From Pristiophorus japonicus (lineage: Eukaryota): 64,000 nt of DNA. The stretch's first letter is position 1. Each line of letters starts with the position of its first letter. Positions 11,836 through 22,641 of this stretch are shown in pieces. A model generated the notes under the pieces. It saw only the letters and a program-made list of their open reading frames with translations, did not search any database and was not told where the DNA came from. Position numbers and translations under genes: made by a program. The stretch spans positions 148,304,001 to 148,368,000 of the forward strand of contig NC_091987.1 of assembly GCF_044704955.1 (NCBI RefSeq), written 5' to 3'.

Positions 11836-14800
11836 CTATATCCTGTCACTGTACAGGCGTCGTCGACCACTTGGCTGACCATACCCTGGGGACCAGGATG
11901 TCCTCCACTGAGGAGCTCGTATGGTCCCCCTTAATGAGTCTTGTGCTGCCCTCCAAGGCCCTCCCGAGCCCCGGATAATCGGTGGGAGACCCTTGCTAGT
12001 GCAACAGAGCACCCTCCCTGTTGTCTTTCGCCGTATCAGTCTGGGGCGGGAGGCTAAGTAAACAGGGGACCACGGCGCCCTGGGCTGTGGCACTCTGTTA
12101 CTCCTCCTTACTGTCGGTGCAGAGTCCCACGTTATGGGCTGCAATGCCATCTCCTCCACCTCTTGGGCTAGCCCCAGCTGATCCACCATGGGAGGTTCAG
12201 CTTCCCCTTGAACCTTGCTAATGGTAGAGCCTTTCTCCCTACTTCTGTTAGTGGGCTGGGAACCTCTACCCAGTGGTGGGATAGCCTTACAGGAGCAATG
12301 AACCAGCCCCGGCTGTAGAGCTTCGGGGCCCGCTGCCTCCTCCGGAGCCTCCAAATCCACCGGGGCCTGTTCTTCCCCCAGTGCCTGATTCCCTTCCCTT
12401 GCTCGTCCCCTCTTTTTTTTTACCTCTTTTGGGGTCAAACAATTTACATTGATTAATGTGATACCACTTCACCCGGCGAGGCAGTCGAACCGCATAGACC
12501 ATAGGGCTAGCCTTGTCGACTATGCTGCATGGTCCCATATATAATGCTTCAAAAACCCCGACCCGAGCATAGTTCCTCACCATGACCTGGTCCCCTATCT
12601 CCCATTCGTGGTGTTTGCTGGGTTCTAGCAGCAATCGGTTACTCTGATGCTGTCTGCCCATGTTACTAGCAGCCTGCCAGTGAATCTGTTTGAGGTGTTC
12701 AAACAGGTTCCTGACAAACCGGTCCCGCTTCACCTCTCGGAGCTGCCCTTCGGTGAGAACCGGCGCCAACACATGCACTGGGGTTCTCATGATCCGGCCC
12801 GTCATCAGCTCATGGGGTGAGTACCCTGTGCTCTTTGACTGACTGGCCCGGATTCCCATGAGGACCAACGGTAAGACCTCCACTCACTTGTTCGGTGAGT
12901 CTCCCGTCTCCTTGCGCAGCCTTTCCTTTAGGGTCCGGTTCAGGCGTTCTACGGGGCCTGAAGACTGAGGGTTGTAGGCGACATGCCATTTGGCTCTTAT
13001 CCCCAGCACCTTTAGGGTGGCCTGCATCACCTGGCCGGTGAAGTGGCTTCCTCGGTTGGACTCCACGATTTGAGGTAGACCCCACCGAGAGAACACCTCC
13101 CTCACCAGGATTTTTGCAGTCCCCACCGCGGTAGCTGTTCGGCAAGGGAAGGCTTCCACCCACTTGGAAAACACATCCACCAGGACGAGGCAGTATTTAT
13201 AACCTCCCTGGGCGGCCGGTAGGGGTCCGATGTAGTCGATCTGGATCGACTGCCATGGTCCCTCTACCCGCCTGACGTGTCCCATAGACGCCTTCCTTTT
13301 CTGAGGGTCTGGATTGTTTGCAGCGCAAACCAGACAGCCCGCACAGAAGTTGCGGACGTCTTCCCGGAGGTCTGGCCACCACCCTGCCTTTTCTACCTGT
13401 TGCCAGGTAAATTCCGGCCCAGGGTGTTCCGCACCTGGACCCTCATGGGCCAGCTGAAGGAATTCCCTCCGGTGTTGTGGCGGCACTACCCATTTGTCCC
13501 CTTTAAACAACATGCCTTCCCGCACAGCAATATCTACAGCACTGTATGGGCCCTCCGCCTTTTCCCCCCTTTTGATAGCAGCCAAGGCAGCCTTCAGGAC
13601 CGGATCCTGCATCTGGACTACTTTAAGGTCCGGAGCCGCAGCCGCCCCTACGCTCCCTTGTGTCCCTGGCTTGCTTCTTGCTGCTGCTATCCTGCCTGCC
13701 TCATATGGGTCCCATGGGCGACCTGTGCGAGCACCTTCCCTTGCCAGCAGGTCTGCCTGCTGGTTACCTTCCCCCGGTAGCTCAGTTTTGGAGTGGGCCT
13801 TTACCTTATGGATATATACATCCCCGGTTTCTCCCACTGCAGCCACGATCTTTTCTAGCAGGGGTTTGGTCACAAGGGGCTTCCCATCCGCAGAGGAGTA
13901 CCCCCGATGTGACCAAATCACCAGATACTCTGTACACGAATTGCAAGTGAACATGCTGTCCGAGCAAATCGTGTATGGGGTAGGGAATTCCTCGGGGTGT
14001 GTGACCACATACATCACTGCCGAGAGTTCCGCCTGCTGGGTGCTCAGGGTGCATGGGAGTTTAAGAGGCAAGGCAATTCCTGCCTTGGGATCCCAAACTC
14101 CGCAGCCCGTGAGTCTTGTACCCGCGGATACTGAACTGGAGCCATCAACGTAGATCTCGCGGCCTGTGGGGTGTATCCCTGCCCGAAATCGAAAGTTAAT
14201 GTCCCATACTCCCTCCACAGAGCATCGATGTGGCTGCCCTGGATAGATTAAATTGCTGCGAGCCTGGGCTCGCAGAGGCCCTTGACCTTTAAAGTCATTT
14301 GGGAGAGGAGGAGGGTCCAGCGAGTGATTCTAGCACTGCTCACTGTCCCGTCCTTAATCCTCCCGTCCAACAGCATCTGCGTCGGGGTATGATGGGTGAG
14401 GAGTGTAATGGGGGATATTCCGGTAAAGATCTGAGCTCTCTTTACTGCCCAGTGGGTGGCAAGCAAGTGCCTCTCACAATTGGAGTATCCCTTTTCTACC
14501 TCCGTGAGGACCCTGGAGGAGTACACCACTGGTCTCAGCTGACCGTTTCGCCCCTGGAGCAACACTGCACTTAAGCTGTCACCACTGGCTGCCACCTCCA
14601 GGAAGAATTCCTCCCCCCCATCAATTGCCCCTAGGGCTGGTGCTACCTGCAGGTCTCTCTTAAGACGGACAAATGCTGCCTCACAGCCCTCGTCCCATTC
14701 CCACTCGACCCCCTTATGTAGGAGTCTGAGCAGAGGGGCGGCAGTGGCTGCATAGTCCTCGATGAAGTCCCTACAGTAGCCAGTGATTCCCAGGAAAGAC

Positions 14801-16074
14801 CTTACCCCCGACACATCCCTAGGGACAGGGAGTTCCTGCACTGCTTTTCTTCTAGCCTCATCAATGGCCCTTTCTCCTGCCCTTATCGTCAGGCCCAGGA
14901 ATTTTACCTCTCCTAGACCTATCTGGGCTTTCTTGGGGTTAACTTTAAAACCCCCTTCCTTCAGTAAGACCAGCAGTTCGGCCAGCAGTGGACCGTGTTC
15001 CTCACTGCTGTCTGTGAACAACAACAGGTCGTCCACATACTGGACCAGCTGGTGTGGCTGGCTGAAGCCTTTTAAGCAGTTCGCCATGCATTGGTGAAAG
15101 ATGCTGGGACTATTATGAAAGCCCTGTGGGAGGCAGCTCCATGTATACTGCTGTTCCCGGAAGGTGAAGGCAAACTTGTACTGGTCTTCCCTCCGTACAG
15201 GGATAGACCAGAACCCGTTGAATATGTCCCACACTGTGAACGTGGTTGCGGATGCAGGAATTTCCCCTATCAGATCCGCAACCACCGCTACTGTGGGGGC
15301 ACAAGCTGGGATGTTTTTATTGAGCACCCTATAATCCACCGTAGCCCTCCAAGAATTGTCCGGTTTCCAAACCGACCAAAGCGGGGAGTTGACATGGGTG
15401 GCTATGGGTCTCAAAACACCCTGCTCGACAAGCGAGCTTAAAGCTGTCTCCAAGTCTGCTTCTGCCTCTCGGGGAAAGCCATACTGCTTTTGCGGGCGGG
15501 ACATGGGATCCCCATCTATTCTAACCTCCACTTCTGTGACTCTCCCACAGTCGTGTTTATGGGTGGCAAATGCTGCAAGATTTGCTTGCATATAGGCCCG
15601 GTACTCGGCTGGGGTGTTACCGACCAGAACCTCCAGGTCGTAACCCCCTTTTGGCTTCATTGTACACAGAGTCCCTTTTCCCTGTTTCTTATCAATAACC
15701 ATGACTTCTCCCTCTGCTCCCGTGCCCACTGTGCCCCATAGACAGTGATTCCTCAAGTCTACTAAAATCCCTTTTCCCACCTGCTCCCAGTTCATTAGGA
15801 CGCACTTCCATTGTGTTTGGAGTGCTCCTAAACGAACCGCGAGCGGGACTGAGAAAAACCCAGCCTTCTCATTACCTGTGAACCCAACTAGTTGATACGG
15901 CACCCCGTTTGATAGAGGTGAGGTTGCGGGGTCCTCCGAATGGACTATCGTGCTGGAAGCACCAGTGTCCAAAAGGTAGGTACCCAATACACCCTCAACC
16001 TCCATCTTGACCCAGGGTCGTCCCCAGGGGTCATATTCTAGTGGGCACAGGTATGCAGGCTGGGTCTGGGCTAG
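11836..16074 (-). pseudogene. pol: pol: PR-RT-degenerate RH (tether)-RNase H-IN; lesions are a 1-nt deletion at ~14250, TGG>TGA at 12884-12886 and a probable A-run indel at ~12413-12421
   Basis: PR LLDTGAS; RT LPQGFHNSP and QYVDDLL; RH2 IYVDGS..QQAEL..SDS..KVKAH..GNQQAD; IN H..H..CAGCLVC, IQIDYIGP, PQSSGPVERLN, GPY/F-like GPCSIV. Confidence 0.92.
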
Positions 16075-18003
16075 TCACGGCCTCTGTACTGGCAGGGTTG
16101 CTGGTGCTTCCCTGCCTGTTGCCGTGGCTACCTTCCCAGTCCCCTCCAGTGCTGTCCTCACTGCAGCTACTATCTGGTCAAGGGATGGTGAGGAGCTCGC
16201 TCCACTTCCCCCACTCTGGGCAGCTCCTGAAGGACTTCTCCCCCCGTATCTCTTTACTGGGCTCCTGCAATCCCTTTTAAAATGCCCAGCTTTCCCGCAC
16301 CTGTAGCACACTCCCTCCTTATCAGGCGAGCGGCCACCCTCCTGGTGCCATTCCCTTTTGGAAATCGGGTTGGGTTTTACTTCATTTACCCGACCTTTGG
16401 AGGTTTTATCCTCCTCCCCTCCTCCATTCCGTTGGACCAGTGCCAGTTGCCTGACCACTGCTTCCTCGGTGAGGTTGGGGTCCCGGGAATCGAACCACAG
16501 TTCTGCCCTGGCCTTGAGCCGGGGCAAGCAGTTTGCCACCAGCATCCTCAGCCAGTGGCCAGTCTGTACCGCGGAAAGATTCGCCCGGTCGAGGAGCTCC
16601 CCACAGGCTGCGTGGTATACCACCCACAGCCTGTCCGCAAACGCCTGCGGGGTTTCCCCTGCGAGCTGCCTTGTCCTTTCGACCCGTTCGAAAGGACTGC
16701 CATCATCGAAGCCCATAGCCTCAAGGACGGTCCTCTGGACCTCAGTAAATGTACGCTGTCCCCTCCGGCATTCTGCCGGTAGGGCCTGGTACAATTTGCT
16801 GTCCAGAGAGAAGAGCAGCAGCTTGGCTGTCTCTTCCTCATCGCACCCATTAATTTCCCCTGCCTGCATCACCTCCATGAAGTGGATAGACGGGTCCCCA
16901 CTGCGAGTGAGTTTGGCCAAATGGGCCACCATGGCCCTGAGTGATTGAACTCCATGGGGAATAATAAAGTCGCTCTCCAGCGCTCCCCGACCTTGGCCAC
17001 CTCCCTGTGGAGGACCGTACTTGCGCTGCCTGACCGGGCACATCCGCCCTGGTTCCGGATCTTTCTGCGCTGGTCCCTCTACCTCCGGCTGTCCCACCAT
17101 ACCCGGTGCAGCAGACAGTGCCTGGTCACCTGATCCAGCCCTTAACTGACCCTCGGCTGGAGCCTCACATCCCTGCTGCCAAATGGGACACATTGGTCCT
17201 GCCCCCAGCCCTGGGTATGCTACTACCTGCGTGCCCCGCCCCTCCTGGTACCCCACCGGACAAACCACTGGTGCCTCAGGAGGTGGTTGGGTGTCTCTTG
17301 CCTTTGGATTCTCCTCTACCCCCCAATACTCTCCTTTGTTCCCTGTGGACCCTCCGGGTCCTATCAGGGCGACCATCCCCTTTGCCTGGGATAGAGCGTG
17401 GGTGAGAGTTTTAATCCTCTCCTGGCAGGGACCGTGATCTGCAAACTCACTGCGACTGGCCACTTTATAGGCTGTCTGTACGTCTTTTAATTTATTCTCC
17501 AGTTCCCAAATTTTCTGGGTGTACCGAGAGTTCTGTTCCCGGAGGGACCCCTCACTACCCTTGGCCTCAGTGACCTGACACTGAAGATAGTCCCGGCTAT
17601 TTTGGAAGGTCTCCTCCAACTGCCGGTTCCTTTGCTGCTCCCCAGCTAATTCGGCCAGCAGGTTGTCCCCAACCACAGCCCGGATAGCAGAGAGCTCCTC
17701 TGATTTCTGAAGACTCTGTTCCAAGTCCTTCACCTGCTGGTCGAGCTTTCGGACTTGGCGGGTGAAGCAGATAAGCCAGGTGGCCTTTTCCACCCTGTGG
17801 TTGTGATCCTTCCCTGCTGTCCACTGAGCAGCAGCATCCACTGGGTGCTCTGCCCGAGTGAGGGCTTGCACCCAAGGTTTGGTGAGGTTCACCTTGCCAA
17901 AAATGTATGAGGAAATTCTTTTCTCCATTTTAGTTTCCTCTCTTATCACCTCATCTGTTATATTAACATCTCCTGTTTGCTTAAGTCCCTTCGTGGTCGC
18001 CAT
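16075..18003 (-). CDS. gag: Gag, 642 aa from the ATG at 18003 (coiled coil, Pro/Gly-rich region, CA with MHR-like QLAGETPQAFADRL, one CCHC knuckle)
   Basis: Uninterrupted ORF with CYRCGKAGHFKRDC. The ATG is in a strong aacATGG context; an alternative ATG starts at MEKRISS. Confidence 0.9.
   Translation of the reverse strand: MATTKGLKQTGDVNITDEVIREETKMEKRISSYIFGKVNLTKPWVQALTRAEHPVDAAAQWTAGKDHNHRVEKATWLICFTRQVRKLDQQVKDLEQSLQKSEELSAIRAVVGDNLLAELAGEQQRNRQLEETFQNSRDYLQCQVTEAKGSEGSLREQNSRYTQKIWELENKLKDVQTAYKVASRSEFADHGPCQERIKTLTHALSQAKGMVALIGPGGSTGNKGEYWGVEENPKARDTQPPPEAPVVCPVGYQEGRGTQVVAYPGLGAGPMCPIWQQGCEAPAEGQLRAGSGDQALSAAPGMVGQPEVEGPAQKDPEPGRMCPVRQRKYGPPQGGGQGRGALESDFIIPHGVQSLRAMVAHLAKLTRSGDPSIHFMEVMQAGEINGCDEEETAKLLLFSLDSKLYQALPAECRRGQRTFTEVQRTVLEAMGFDDGSPFERVERTRQLAGETPQAFADRLWVVYHAACGELLDRANLSAVQTGHWLRMLVANCLPRLKARAELWFDSRDPNLTEEAVVRQLALVQRNGGGEEDKTSKGRVNEVKPNPISKREWHQEGGRSPDKEGVCYRCGKAGHFKRDCRSPVKRYGGRSPSGAAQSGGSGASSSPSLDQIVAAVRTALEGTGKVATATGREAPATLPVQRP
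17985..18002 (-). promoter_or_regulatory. PBS, tRNA-Arg(TCG)
   Basis: TGGCGACCACGAAGGGAC is the 18-nt complement of the vertebrate tRNA-Arg-TCG 3' end GUCCCUUCGUGGUCGCCA (recalled sequence). It sits 5 nt (GAACA) from the LTR. Confidence 0.88.
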
Positions 18004-18007
18004 GTTC

Positions 18008-19312
18008 TGTAAGGGGTTTTCACAGGGTTGTTGTTGTGCCTTGGGTGTCTCTCTCTGGGCTTCTGCCCTCACAGCTTATGCCTGGACTGTGAGGTACCCT
18101 GAGTGCTGCAAGAGCACCCCTGGAGAGACTGTGTCCACAGCTTATGAAGGGGGTTTTGAGACTCGTGCGTCCCCACAGCTTATGCCTAGCCTGTGAGGCT
18201 CCTGTGAGTGTCAAACACTCCTAACCCCTTCTTCCCTAGCCTGTGACACACAGTTGAGCGTTTTCGAGGCGCTCCTAGCTTCCCTTACACGGTTCTGACA
18301 TAAGACTCACGATCAGGAGATGTAATACAATAGAACTGAGACAAGGTGATTCCAAGAGGAACTTTAGGCTTCCAATTTATTTGACAAGGTGTAACTCAAC
18401 AAACAGCAATACACCAACAAAACAATCCCCCTAAATCCCACTAAAACGGACCCAACGAAAATCTTTACACCAGTTTAGCAGTACAATGCCCAATCTCCCA
18501 CCTTTCCTGGCCTAACTGAGTTGGGAGTTCTGGGGACCGGAGGTTATACTCACTACTGTGCCTTCCTGTGGTTTGTTTCTTCTATCTTCGGTGTCTTCGG
18601 ACACTGGTTTTCCTTTAGTGTCGCGAGGCTTGTGGTTGTGGTTGTTGAATCACGAGGGCAGGGAAAATCATCACTTCTTTTTTTCACTACGTCAGAAACC
18701 CCTTTTTTATATCCAGATTATCCAGTCCGCCTCTCCTGCTGAAGTCGATTCTTCTCATTGGTGGACTTTTGATTTTGAAAAATGCAGCAGTTTGAGGTTT
18801 TTAGTTTTTTTTTTCCCCACTGATCTTAACCTACTCAAGGTTTGAGTGGGTGTTGATTGCATTGGCCTCCTGTAGCCATTATGCTAGTCTGGCCTGAGCC
18901 AGATATTTCTATGTCTGATGAAAAAGGTGTTGGAATATGTATGTGGCATTGTTTAAATGCTAATGTTTTCAAGGGGCAAGTTTCGAGGGTATACAGTTCC
19001 CAGACAATTTGATTAGTTCCAATGTCCAAACTGGCCCTTTTGATATTGACTCCACCCCTTTTCTTGCAGACCTTTTAAAAAATCCCAAATTCGATTAAAG
19101 TTCGTAGTTTCTTCCATTTGCACTTTAGGATTTCAAACTTTCTGGTAGATAGTTCCAAATTAAATTCCCTTTCCTATGAGTCCAAACACTGGGGGGGGGT
19201 CTCCATTTGTGTCCCAAAGTTTTCCTTCCATCGGTTTCAATTCACAGCACAGACTGATCCCACAGCCCTTTTCCTTCTGGGTAAAATGAGGGGGTTTTCG
19301 TCCTCCCCTACA
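18008..19312 (-). repeat. ERV 5' LTR (1305 bp): CCAAT ~18757-18761, TATA 18703-18711, donor-like GTGAGT 18548-18553, AATAAA 18376-18381
   Basis: Terminal TGTA..TACA. Motifs read on the minus strand. Confidence 0.95.
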
Positions 19313-19641
19313 CATGTGATGCATCATCCTACGGGGTTGGGTGTGTGTTGCAGCAGGGTAATGATGACAGCCGACTCCAACCGGTGGCTTATACCTCCAG
19401 GTCTCTCTCCCAGTCAGAGCGTGTGTATGGCATGGTCGAAAAGGAAGCACTCGCTTGCATTTACGGGGTGAAAAAGATGCACCAGCATCTTTTCGGCAGA
19501 CCGTTCGAGTTGGAAATGGACCACAAGCCGTTAACATCCCTGTTGTCCGACAGCAAGGCTGTCAATGCAAATGCGTCAGTTCGCATACAGCGATGGGCCT
19601 TCACGCTGGCTGCGTATTCTACACTATACGGCACCGGCCAG

Positions 19642-20034
19642 CCAGCCCACTGCTGTCAACAGGACAGGACAGGACACACAGACTTTGCTCTCCAGCCCAC
19701 TATTCTTGACAGGACACACAGACTCTGCTCATCAGCTCACTGCTGTCGACAAGACACACAGAATCTGCTGTCCAGCCCACTGTCTCGATAGGACAGGACA
19801 GGACGCACAGACTCTGCTCCCCAGCCCACTGCTCTCGACAGGACAGGACACACAGACTCTGCTCCCCAGCCTACTGCTCTCGACAGGACAGGACACACAG
19901 ACTCTGCACCCCAGCCCACTGCTCTCGACAGGACAGGACACACAGACTCTGCACCCCAGCTCACGGCTCTCGACAGGACACACAGATTCTGCTCGCCAAC
20001 CCACTGTTCTCAACAGGACAGGACACACAGACTC
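19642..20034. repeat. 40-50 bp minisatellite
   Basis: Tandem repeats. Confidence 0.95.
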
Positions 20035-22641
20035 TGTCATGTATGTAACTAGCATACAGCTGTAACCTTCATGTAATTATAACCTTCATGTAACCACTGC
20101 ATACTGTACATACATCCAAGAAATGCACACCTTGACTACAGGGGTTGAACTTGTGGGAGACACTCCTCACCTGGGCATCCAGGTATATAAAGGGAGGTCC
20201 CACACAAGGTCAGCACTTCTTGGTCCTGGGAATAAAGGTTAAGGTCATTGAGTGAACATGTCTGCAGTACGTGCCTCATGTGATTATGTACAAGAGCTGA
20301 GGACACTACATTTGGCGACGAGAAACGGGAATCACTGAACCCAGAGGATGGCCACCGGTAGCACAGAGGAATGTTACTGTGTGGGTGAGGACTGGGACGA
20401 TTTCGTGGAGAGACTCCAGCAGAGCTTTGTCACGAAGGACTGTGTGGGAGAGGGAGTGGCTGACAAGCGGAGGGCACATCTACTGACAAAGACGTATGCG
20501 TTGATGAAAGACCTGCTCGCACCCCGAAAGCCGGCCGACAAGTTCTTCGAAGAGCTCAGCCAGCTGATCAATGAACATCTAAAACTGGCGAGCAGAGTAC
20601 ACATGGCCCGGCGTCAGTTCTACACACACCAGCGTCGGGAAGGGCAAAACATCTCGGACTTCGTTGCAGGCCTGCGGCGCTTGGCCAGTCTCTGTAAGTT
20701 CACAGATGCCTACAGGGGGGAGATGTTAAGGGATTTTTTTCATTGAGGGTATTAGTCATGCCGGGATCTTCAGGAAGCTCATAGTGTCCAAGGACTTGAC
20801 CTTAGAAAGGGCGGCGTTGATAGCTCAGACCTTCATAGCAGGGGAAGAGGAGACCAAGTGAATTTACGTGCGCAGCCTTGGGTCCAATGGACCAGGGAGT
20901 TAACATGGTGAACACGGCTCAGGACCTCGCAGGCAGGCAAGGGCATTTCGATACCGCCCAGGCAGCAACAGGGACAATGGAAAGTGGAGCGGTAATTCAC
21001 GCCATATAGAGGAACAATGCGCTTTATGATGGGACCATTAACACCCACCACCAGAGTGTTTAGAAACAACCAAGGGGACAATCAGAGAGGAATGCCTGGT
21101 AACAGTCCTCTTGTTAGCAACAATCTCAGCCAATGCTGCAGGTGCGGGGGCAGACATACTGCGACAAGCTGAACGTTTCAGCAGTTTACCTATAGAAATT
21201 GTAACGTCAGAGGACATTTGGCTAGAATATGCAGAAAGGCTATAGCGAGGCTAATCTATGAGACAGAGGAATCAGACGAGGGATCTGCAATGCAGGACGA
21301 TGCTTGGGGCAAAGCCATGGATGCTGAAGTTCAGTGGGTTCATGTGGCTGATGTCCACAGCTCATACACCAAAATGCCACCCATGATGATGAAAGTTTTA
21401 TTGAATGGCATCCCCGTGCGCATGGAGCTGGATACGGGAGCCAGCTGGTCCCTTATGAGCACCCAACAATTTGAGAGACTATGGCCACACAGAGCTAGCA
21501 TGCCCAAACTGGAACGCATTGACACGCAGCTACGCACATACACCAAAGAGATCATTCCAGTGCTAGGCAGTGCAAACTTGGTGGTAACACACAATGGATC
21601 ACAGAACCGGCTGCCACTCTGGATTGTTCCAGGAAATGGCCCCGCACTTTTGGGGAGGAGCTGGCTAGCTGAGATGAACTGGAAATGGGGGGATGTGCAC
21701 GCCATTTCATCTGTGGAGCGAATTTCATGCTCAGAGGTCCTACAAAAATTCGGGTCACTGTTTCAACCTGGTATCGGAACGTTCAAGGGCACCAAAGTAG
21801 TGGTACGCATCACCCCGGACGCCAGACCAGTGCACCACAAAGCCATGGAAAGCTTGCTTAAATCTATCCCCGGCACAATGGTATTCCAAGACGACATCCT
21901 AATAACGGGTCGAGACACCGAGGAACACCTCCACAACCTGGAGGAGGTGCTATGCCGATTGGACCGGGTAGGCCTGTGGCTGAAAAAGGCCAAGTGTGTG
22001 TTTTTGGCCCCAGCGGTCGAGTTATTGGTCAGGAGGGTTGCCGCAGACGGGATCCGGCTCACCGAATCCAAAACGGAGGCGATCCATCGTGCACCCCGAC
22101 CCGCAACACATCGGAGTTGCGATCGTTCCTGGGACTTTTGAATTATTTTGGGAACTTTCTGCCGAACTTAAGCACAGTGTTGGAGCCATTACACGTGCTC
22201 CTGCGTAGGGTTGGGGGGACTGTCGAGAACGGGCTTTCAACAGGACGCAGAACCTGCTTTGTTCTAACAAACTGTTGACTTTGTACGACCCCTGTAAAAT
22301 ACTAGTTTTAACATGTGATGCATCATCCTACAGGATTTGGTGTGTGTTGCAGCAGGGTAATGACGATGGCCGACTCCAACCGGTGACTTATGCCTCCAGT
22401 TCGCTCTCCCAGTCAGAGCGTGGGTATGGCATGGTCGAAAAGGAAGCACTCGCTTGTGTTTACGGGGTGAAAAAGATGCACCAGTATCTTTTCGGCAGAC
22501 CGTTCGAGTTAGAAACAGACCACAAGCTGTTAACATTCATGCTGTCCGACAGCAAGGCTGTCAATGCCAATGCATCAGCTCGCATACAGCGATGGGCCCT
22601 CACGCTGGCTGCGTATGATTACACCATACGACACCGGCCAG
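20035..22641 (+). mobile_element. Mag-clade Gypsy copy B (LTR 20035-20310, PBS from 20313, gag-PR-RT with ~400-bp deletion, RH; 3'-truncated)
   Basis: MATGSTEEC..DWDDFVERL, LDTGAS, HHKA|MESLL deletion junction, FQDDIL, intact LTCDASSY. Both end junctions are the same as in copy A. Confidence 0.93.

Larger units (their letters stand above)
7622..19312 (-). mobile_element. full-length endogenous retrovirus (lokiretrovirus-like), LTR-gag-pol-env-LTR
   Basis: Two ~1.3-kb near-identical LTRs, CATG TSD (7618-7621 and 19313-19316), PBS, PPT, and gag/pol/env ORFs with only a few lesions. Confidence 0.95.
4933..19641 (+). mobile_element. Mag-clade Gypsy LTR retrotransposon copy A (5'LTR-gag-PR-RT-RH, 3'-truncated), interrupted by the ERV at 7622-19312
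   Basis: LTR 4933-5208, PBS, Gag (RFYTHRRREGQ, CWRCGSRH), PR (LDMGAS), RT (WASPIVPV, DYKATIN, FQEDIL). RH LT|CDASSYG is split by the ERV and resumes at 19313, ending at ..GCACCGGCCAG. Confidence 0.93.

Noticed and set aside
14240-14260. programmed frameshift between tether and RNase H
   Set aside because: There is no full slippery heptamer. Restoring one A gives a continuous Pol (AANLIYPG), so it is a deletion or sequencing error.
13277-16948. antisense ORFs over ERV pol/gag (e.g. 13494-14153, 16358-16948)
   Set aside because: They are shadow frames of GC-rich coding sequence, mostly with non-ATG starts and no motifs.
18004-18072. Gag start at 18072 and Env start at 11703 as given in the ORF track
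   Set aside because: Both are GTG starts. The eukaryotic ATGs are at 18003 and 11646.
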